NCBI GenBank assembly: GCA_043821645.1
Contig: JBDRCO010000112.1
Span: forward strand, 1-22,011
Reading direction: 5' to 3'
DNA length: 22,011 nt
From: Pseudomonadota bacterium
GTDB taxonomy: Bacteria; Myxococcota; JACRCW01; JAFGSX01
Position 1 is the stretch's first letter. Each line of letters starts with the position of its first letter. The translations under genes were made by a program, and so were the position numbers. Positions 17,119 to 22,011 of the stretch are shown here, in pieces. The notes under the pieces are model-generated. The model did no database searches. It saw only the letters and a program-made list of their open reading frames with translations, and was not told where the DNA came from.

Positions 17119-17768
17119 TAGGGGAAGAGCGAGCCGAGGCACGAGCCAAAGACCGCCATGACGACGCCGAATATCACCAGCACGGGCAGCCCGGCGCGCA
17201 GCCAGTGAAACGCGGTCCACAGCTCTGGTTCGGCGCCCACCCACGCCACCAGCATTCTCCGGAATGGTGTCGGCGGTGAATCCAGGGGCGGAAGCTGGAC
17301 CCGGAGCGCAGGGCCGGGGCAGCGCGCGAGGACCGCGTCGACGAGGGCGCGCACGACGAGCCGCGTCTGCTGGACCCGGTCCTGGTTGCGGCCGTGGGTG
17401 CGCAGTGCGCCGAAGTCGAAGACGGCGCTCAGCAGCGCGCCATCGGCGGCCCAGTCCCAGATCGAGATGGCGTCGAGCTCCGCGATCACACCGGCCTCTG
17501 TCACCAGCCCGGCGTTCTGCACGGCCCGGCGGACAATGGCCTGGGCCTCCAGCAGCCTGTTGTTGGCCATGGCCACTTCAGTGCGCTCGGCCTTGCCAAA
17601 TAGCCCGTCGAACGAACTCGAACCCAGGAGGTCCAGGACCTGCCGGTCATGCAGGGTGCGCGTCTCGCCCTCGAGGCCGTACAGGATGCGATCGGCGCTG
17701 AGCAGCTCCTCGAGGCACTGCACCGCCAGATCTCTCGACATCTTCACGTCGGACGCGCTGTTCTCCAT
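17118..17768 (-). CDS. Hypothetical protein with C-terminal transmembrane helix, 216 aa, copy 2
   Basis: 9 amino-acid differences from 2310-2960. Confidence 0.8.
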   Translation of the reverse strand: MENSASDVKMSRDLAVQCLEELLSADRILYGLEGETRTLHDRQVLDLLGSSSFDGLFGKAERTEVAMANNRLLEAQAIVRRAVQNAGLVTEAGVIAELDAISIWDWAADGALLSAVFDFGALRTHGRNQDRVQQTRLVVRALVDAVLARCPGPALRVQLPPLDSPPTPFRRMLVAWVGAEPELWTAFHWLRAGLPVLVIFGVVMAVFGSCLGSLFP

Positions 17769-17943
17769 CACAGACCTTTCGCAGGGCCCGCGAGCTCGGG
17801 CGCGTTGCACACCGGGCGGCGAGGGGTGGCGAGAGCCGGTCCCCGCCGAGGCCATGGCCCCCCGGCGAGGTCATCAAGGCGTCGTCGTCCCGGCACAACA
17901 CGCCTCCTCGCCCTGTCGTCGCGAACCTGGCTCGCACCGACGT

Positions 17944-18309
17944 TCAGCATCTCATCTTGTCGCCGCCATGCGACCCCTTTTTGGCAGCACGACGCGCCAG
18001 GTGCTGCAGCGCCTCGTGCCGGCCGTGCAGCTCGAGGATCTGCCGGTACATCTTCTTGCCCTCGGCGAGCTGGTCCCTGGTCGGCGACGGGGTCTTGAGC
18101 TCTTCGTACTGTTGCTGCACCTGCTGCAGGCACTTCTCGCTCTGCGCGAGGGCCTCGGCCAGGCCGTGCTGCTCGACGAGCTGCAGGGCCTCGGCACGCA
18201 GCCGGGCCCGACGTCGGCGCCGCCGTGTCACCCCGATGGGGACGGACACCAACGAGACCGCAAAGGACAGCACGGCCAGGAAGAAGAACAGGTCCCGAAC
18301 AGCTTCCAT
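17944..18309 (-). CDS. Small membrane-anchored hypothetical protein, 121 aa
   Basis: N-terminal hydrophobic helix, then a poly-Arg stop-transfer and a helical tail. Confidence 0.7.
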   Translation of the reverse strand: MEAVRDLFFFLAVLSFAVSLVSVPIGVTRRRRRRARLRAEALQLVEQHGLAEALAQSEKCLQQVQQQYEELKTPSPTRDQLAEGKKMYRQILELHGRHEALQHLARRAAKKGSHGGDKMRC

Positions 18310-18345
18310 GGGCGGCCCTCGTCACGTCGAGCGGGAACGGGGACA

Positions 18346-18371
18346 GAGCCGACACATTTCTGGTGGCACCT
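18346..18371 (+). repeat. Left part of a 14-bp junction-motif array interrupted by IS3
   Basis: GACACATTTCTGGT then GGCACCT, followed by the IS. Confidence 0.8.
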
Positions 18372-18416
18372 TGGCCTTGCCCCGATTCGGTGGACACCTG
18401 ATAGAAGGAGTTCATC

Positions 18417-18701
18417 ATGGGAAGGCCGTCCAAATTCAGTGAGGAGTTCAAGCGTGAGGCCGTCAGGCTGCTCGAGGCCGGACAGTCGCTGGAGCAGGTC
18501 GCCGTGGACCTCGGCGTGGGTCACTCGTCGCTGTCACGGTGGAGGAGGCACTACGGAATGGTCATCGATGCGCCCACGCCTGCGGATGGCGACGAGCTCC
18601 GCGAGGAGAACGCTCGACTGCGCACGCGCGTCCGCGTGCTTGAGGAGGAGCGTGAAATCCTAAAAAAAGCCACGGCCTTCTTCGCGAAGGAAAGCAGATG
18701 A
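18417..18701 (+). CDS. IS3 transposase OrfA (HTH)
   Basis: KFSEEFKREAVRL...VAVDLGV...LSRW...EILKKATAFFAKES. AAGGAG RBS. Confidence 0.95.
   Translation: MGRPSKFSEEFKREAVRLLEAGQSLEQVAVDLGVGHSSLSRWRRHYGMVIDAPTPADGDELREENARLRTRVRVLEEEREILKKATAFFAKESR
18662..18669 (+). other. -1 programmed frameshift site A7G
   Basis: AAAAAAAG at the end of orfA, with orfB in the -1 frame. Confidence 0.85.
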
Positions 18702-19573
18702 GATTTGCTTTCATCGACGTGGAGAAGGCCAATCACGCGGTCGAGACGCTGTGTCGAGTCCTGCAGGTTTCGCGGAGCGGTTTCTACGCCTGGCAGAGCA
18801 GGCCAGAATCGGCTCGAGCCGTGCGCGACCGGCAGCTCACCGCGAAGATTCGCGTGTTCCATGCTCAGAGCCGCGGCCGATACGGCAGCCCGATGCTTCA
18901 CCGTGACCTGCGTGACGACGGAGAACGCGTTGGTCGCAAGCGTGTGGCCAGACTGATGAGGCAGCAGAACCTGGCAGGCCGGAGGAAGCGCCGATTTCGC
19001 CGGACCACGAACTCGGAGCACAAGCTTGCGATCGCTCCCAATCTGCTGGAGCGCCGATTTGACGCGGCGGCGCGCGATCAGGTGTGGGCGGCAGACATCA
19101 CCTACGTCCGCACCTGGGAAGGGTGGCTCTACCTCGCCGTCGTCATCGATCTGTACTCTCGACGCGTCGTCGGATGGTCCATGGCGAACCACCTGCGTAC
19201 CGAGTTGCCGCTGACGGCCATGCACCAGGCGCTGCTCCTCCGGCGCCCACCTGCCGGCCTCCTGCACCACTCCGACCGAGGGTGCCAGTACGCCGCCGAG
19301 GCCTACCAGCGGCTCCTGGCCAACCACGGCGTCATTCCGAGCATGAGCCGAAAGGGCAACTGCTGGGACAACGCGGTGGTCGAGAGCTTCTTCTCGACCC
19401 TCAAGGAAGAGCTCATCTACCGAGGCGCGTGGGCCACGCGCCGCGGCGCTGAGCTCGCGATCGCCGACTACATCGAGAACTACTACAACCGCCATCGACG
19501 ACACTCGTCGAACGGCTACGTGAGCCCAGTGAAGTACGAGAATCCAGGACTGGAGTTGAAGCGAGCAGCGTAG
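18698..19573 (+). CDS. IS3 transposase OrfB (DDE/rve)
   Basis: WAADITY, HHSDRGCQY and GNCWDNAVVESFF. Confidence 0.96.
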   Translation: MRFAFIDVEKANHAVETLCRVLQVSRSGFYAWQSRPESARAVRDRQLTAKIRVFHAQSRGRYGSPMLHRDLRDDGERVGRKRVARLMRQQNLAGRRKRRFRRTTNSEHKLAIAPNLLERRFDAAARDQVWAADITYVRTWEGWLYLAVVIDLYSRRVVGWSMANHLRTELPLTAMHQALLLRRPPAGLLHHSDRGCQYAAEAYQRLLANHGVIPSMSRKGNCWDNAVVESFFSTLKEELIYRGAWATRRGAELAIADYIENYYNRHRRHSSNGYVSPVKYENPGLELKRAA

Positions 19574-19603
19574 AAAACTGTCCACTGAAACGGGGCAAGC
19601 CCA

Positions 19604-19658
19604 CCTTTCCGGGGGCACCTTTCCGGGGCCACCTATTCGTGGGCACCTTTGTCGGGGG
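19604..19658 (+). repeat. Right part of the 14-bp junction-motif array
   Basis: CCTTTCCGGG / GGCACCTTTCCGGG / GCCACCTATTCGTG / GGCACCTTTGTCGGG. Confidence 0.88.
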
Positions 19659-19670
19659 GCCCCGCCCGCC

Positions 19671-19691
19671 TGTGCTAATCTCGTTAGCACA
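19671..19691 (+). promoter_or_regulatory. Perfect inverted repeat TGTGCTAA-N5-TTAGCACA overlapping an extended -10-like TGcTAATCT
   Basis: Ends 17 nt upstream of ATG 19708. Confidence 0.45.
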
Positions 19692-19707
19692 CCGCTCAGG
19701 AGAAGAC

Positions 19708-21687
19708 ATGAGGCTCTGTTGCTCGATCTCGGCGGTGCTGGCGCTGTCCCTGTTCGCCGGCTGCCCTTCGAACCTGCCCGCGAGCTCCGATTCCGGCTGC
19801 CCCGACTGCGACGCCCGGGTGACCACCGACGCTGCGGTCGCCGATGACGTGGGCCCGGTCCTCGACGCCGCCGTGTCTCGCGACGCGCGGGTGGCGACGG
19901 ATGGGGCCACCACCGCCGACGTCACACCGCCCCGCGATGCTGGCGTTCGTGCCGACGCCGGGTCCGACGCCGCCACGCCCCCCGACCTCGACGCTGGCGA
20001 CCCCGGCGAAGCCGGTCGTGATGCCGGGGCGGCCGATGTTCGAGACGCCGCGTCCAGCGGCGGGGCCGATGCCGCACAGGACGCCGCGTCCAGCAGCGGG
20101 GGAGATGCCGCACAGGACGCCGGTGCGCAGTGCCCGGAGGCCGGATTCTGCGACGACGGGGACCCCTGCACCCGCGACAGCTGTGATGGCGCGGGCGGAT
20201 GCGCACATGTCCTCGACCTTGCCCTGTGTCCGGCGCCCACCCTCAGCATCGGCGACAGCGTGGCCAAGCGGGGTGGCGCCTTGCTGTTCGACCTGACCCT
20301 GTCCGGTCCTGCACCCGAAGCGCTGGTGCTCGAGCTGGCCGCGGTCGGCATCACCGCGACCGCGGTCGAGGACTTCGCCAGCGGCACCTACCGCTACACC
20401 GTCGACGACAGGGGGTCCTGGCAGGCCGCGGAGGGCACCGCCGGCACCCGGGTGCGCTTTCCCTACCGCGGCGAGCGCCTGACCGTGGAGATCATGAGCC
20501 AGCGTCGGCCGCAGCTGGGGTTCCCGTTGGTGGAGGGGCCGCGGACCTACGGCGAGGAGACCCTGACCCTGCAGGTGGCCAGCCTGGTCTCCGGCCTGGC
20601 CGCGGACGTCGGCGACACCGGGACCGGCACGCTCCGCGAGTGGATCTGCTTCGGGGCCGATTCCTCGGGCAGCCCGGACCGTTGCGACCATCGCGGCCGC
20701 TACCTGAGCGTGGCCCATCGCGAGGACGGCTGCCTGCGCTACGGCCCGAGGCCATCCTCAGGAGGTGGCGGGCCGGTGGACCCCGAGCTCTGCAGCTACT
20801 GCGACGACACCTCGGGGAGCCCGGAGATGCGGGCCATGGACCTGTGCAGCCTCGAGGAGACTGGCCAGCAGCGCTGCCGCGACGACGCGCTCGAGACCTG
20901 CACGCTGATCGCCGGCTGCGGCTATGTCTGGAAGCTGGTCGAGGACTGCAGCGACGGCGGGGGGCGCTGCGAGGCGGCGCACTGCGTGGACTCGGTCTGC
21001 ACCAGCACCTGCCCCGAGGTCGGCGAGGTCCGCTGCACCGACGCGGCACCCGAGGTTTGCATGCTGAGCCACCCTGGCTGCGACAGCTGGAACCTCTGGG
21101 CCGGCATGTGCATGCAGGCGGACTGGTACTGCCTCGACCTCGCCGGAGAGATGGTGGTGGGGCAGGCCGAGCCCTGCGACATCGTGACCGAGGGCCAGCT
21201 GAGCTGTCAGCACGACATCGTGTACCAGTGCGTGCTCGTGCACGACCGCGCCTACATGGGCTGCGGCTACCGCTGGCGACCCGCCTGCGTGGACGCGGCG
21301 CCCGGGGACCCGGGCTGCCCGGCCGCGGCCTGCAACACGGGCGCCGGCGACCATCAGCGTTGCCAGGACGGTGCGCTGGAGCTCTGCACGGTGGACGCCT
21401 GCGGCAGCTACTGGCGCCCGGATGAATCGTGCGCGGCCTGCAACGCGCTGTGCAGCGAGCCCGAGCCGGACAGCTACCAGTGCCTGCCGCAGAGCTGCGA
21501 CGTGGGCTCGCTGGGGGCGCGGCGCTGTGTCGGCGATCGCATCGAGGCGTGCATGGACAGCCTGGGGTGTGGCGCCCACTGGCGCCCGGTCGACGATTGC
21601 TCACGCATCAGCGAGCACACCTGCTATCCCGACGCGAGTCACGACCCGTCCTGTCAGGACAGTGGCCCCCACTGCGACTATCGCTGA
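19708..21687 (+). CDS. Cys-rich surface lipoprotein, 659 aa (DAG-rich linker, CDDGDPCTxDSC repeat, Calx-beta-like domain, Cys-rich repeats)
   Basis: AGGAG RBS and lipobox LFAGC. PTLSIGD...FDLTLS...TATAVEDF segment. Repeated C..G..RC....LE.C....CG..W.....C units. Confidence 0.88.
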   Translation: MRLCCSISAVLALSLFAGCPSNLPASSDSGCPDCDARVTTDAAVADDVGPVLDAAVSRDARVATDGATTADVTPPRDAGVRADAGSDAATPPDLDAGDPGEAGRDAGAADVRDAASSGGADAAQDAASSSGGDAAQDAGAQCPEAGFCDDGDPCTRDSCDGAGGCAHVLDLALCPAPTLSIGDSVAKRGGALLFDLTLSGPAPEALVLELAAVGITATAVEDFASGTYRYTVDDRGSWQAAEGTAGTRVRFPYRGERLTVEIMSQRRPQLGFPLVEGPRTYGEETLTLQVASLVSGLAADVGDTGTGTLREWICFGADSSGSPDRCDHRGRYLSVAHREDGCLRYGPRPSSGGGGPVDPELCSYCDDTSGSPEMRAMDLCSLEETGQQRCRDDALETCTLIAGCGYVWKLVEDCSDGGGRCEAAHCVDSVCTSTCPEVGEVRCTDAAPEVCMLSHPGCDSWNLWAGMCMQADWYCLDLAGEMVVGQAEPCDIVTEGQLSCQHDIVYQCVLVHDRAYMGCGYRWRPACVDAAPGDPGCPAAACNTGAGDHQRCQDGALELCTVDACGSYWRPDESCAACNALCSEPEPDSYQCLPQSCDVGSLGARRCVGDRIEACMDSLGCGAHWRPVDDCSRISEHTCYPDASHDPSCQDSGPHCDYR

Positions 21688-21727
21688 GCAATGTCCCCGC
21701 CATCGTTCTTTGCCCCCAATCGCCTTT

Positions 21728-21853
21728 TGTAGTGACCACAATCACATTGGGAAAACGCGCATCGCGTTTAAGAGTGCTCAGAATCACATTGGGGGAACGC
21801 AAGTCGCGTTCTGTAGTGCTCAGAATCACATTGGGGGATTGCAGATCGCGATC
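21728..21853. repeat. Degenerate tandem repeat, 3 x 42 bp
   Basis: AATCACATTGGG recurs at 21740, 21782 and 21824. Confidence 0.85.
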
Positions 21854-22011
21854 GAGACGGTGTCGAAGGCCTCTGGGGGCCCACGCGAGCTGCTCTACCG
21901 GGGGCTGCCGGCCTGCCCCCCGCCCATCGAGAGCGAGTCTCGACGGGCTCCCCCAAGCAGCGCCCCTCCGAACCTGAGAGCACAAAAAGACGCGCCGGTG
22001 ACGGCGGGGCC

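Larger units (their letters stand above)
18372..19603 (+). mobile_element. IS3-family insertion sequence, 1232 bp, 3-bp target duplication CCT
   Basis: IRL TGGCCTTGCCCCGATTCGGTGGACA versus IRR (reverse complement) TGGGCTTGCCCCGTTTCAGTGGACA, 22/25. TG...CA ends. CCT at 18369-18371 and 19604-19606. Confidence 0.96.

Noticed and set aside
28-19658. Integron with attC sites
   Set aside because: No tyrosine recombinase is present, I found no RYYYAAC...GTTRRRY paired sites, and cargo orientation is mixed.
19671-19691. CIRCE element
   Set aside because: It contains TTAGCAC, but arm order is reversed and spacing differs from TTAGCACTC-N9-GAGTGCTAA.
20381-20452. GGCACC hexamers inside coding regions as motif copies
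   Set aside because: They are expected by chance in GC-rich DNA and lack the TTTCC-GGGG tail and the left arm.

Overview
A GC-rich accessory region, probably from a Myxococcota/deltaproteobacterial genome (inferred from gene content). It holds about 13 unrelated cargo genes in mixed orientation: an LRR protein, two diverged copies of a membrane-anchored hypothetical, a 740-aa protein with a possible His-Cys dyad, three Cys-rich or ELWxxDGT lipoproteins, a selenocysteine peroxiredoxin with in-frame UGA and SECIS hairpin, a helical protein behind a 22/21-bp repeat tract, a Crp/Fnr regulator with a divergent SPFH gene, a flavin monooxygenase, a cupin and a DHFR-like protein. There is also one intact IS3-family element. 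The main unexplained structure is a short semi-palindromic motif, approximately (AG)GTGNNTG(G/A)CACCTTTCCGGGG, at about 16 intergenic sites. It divides the window into blocks of mostly 0.8-2.4 kb, forms 13-14-bp and 25-bp tandem stutters, and coincides with the breakpoints of duplicated and truncated sequences. It also ends a 135-bp MITE-like element and flanks two 3' remnants resembling a Y1/HUH (RAYT-like) transposase. I infer a non-integron, HUH-linked gene-accretion array. No intact enzyme for it lies in this window.
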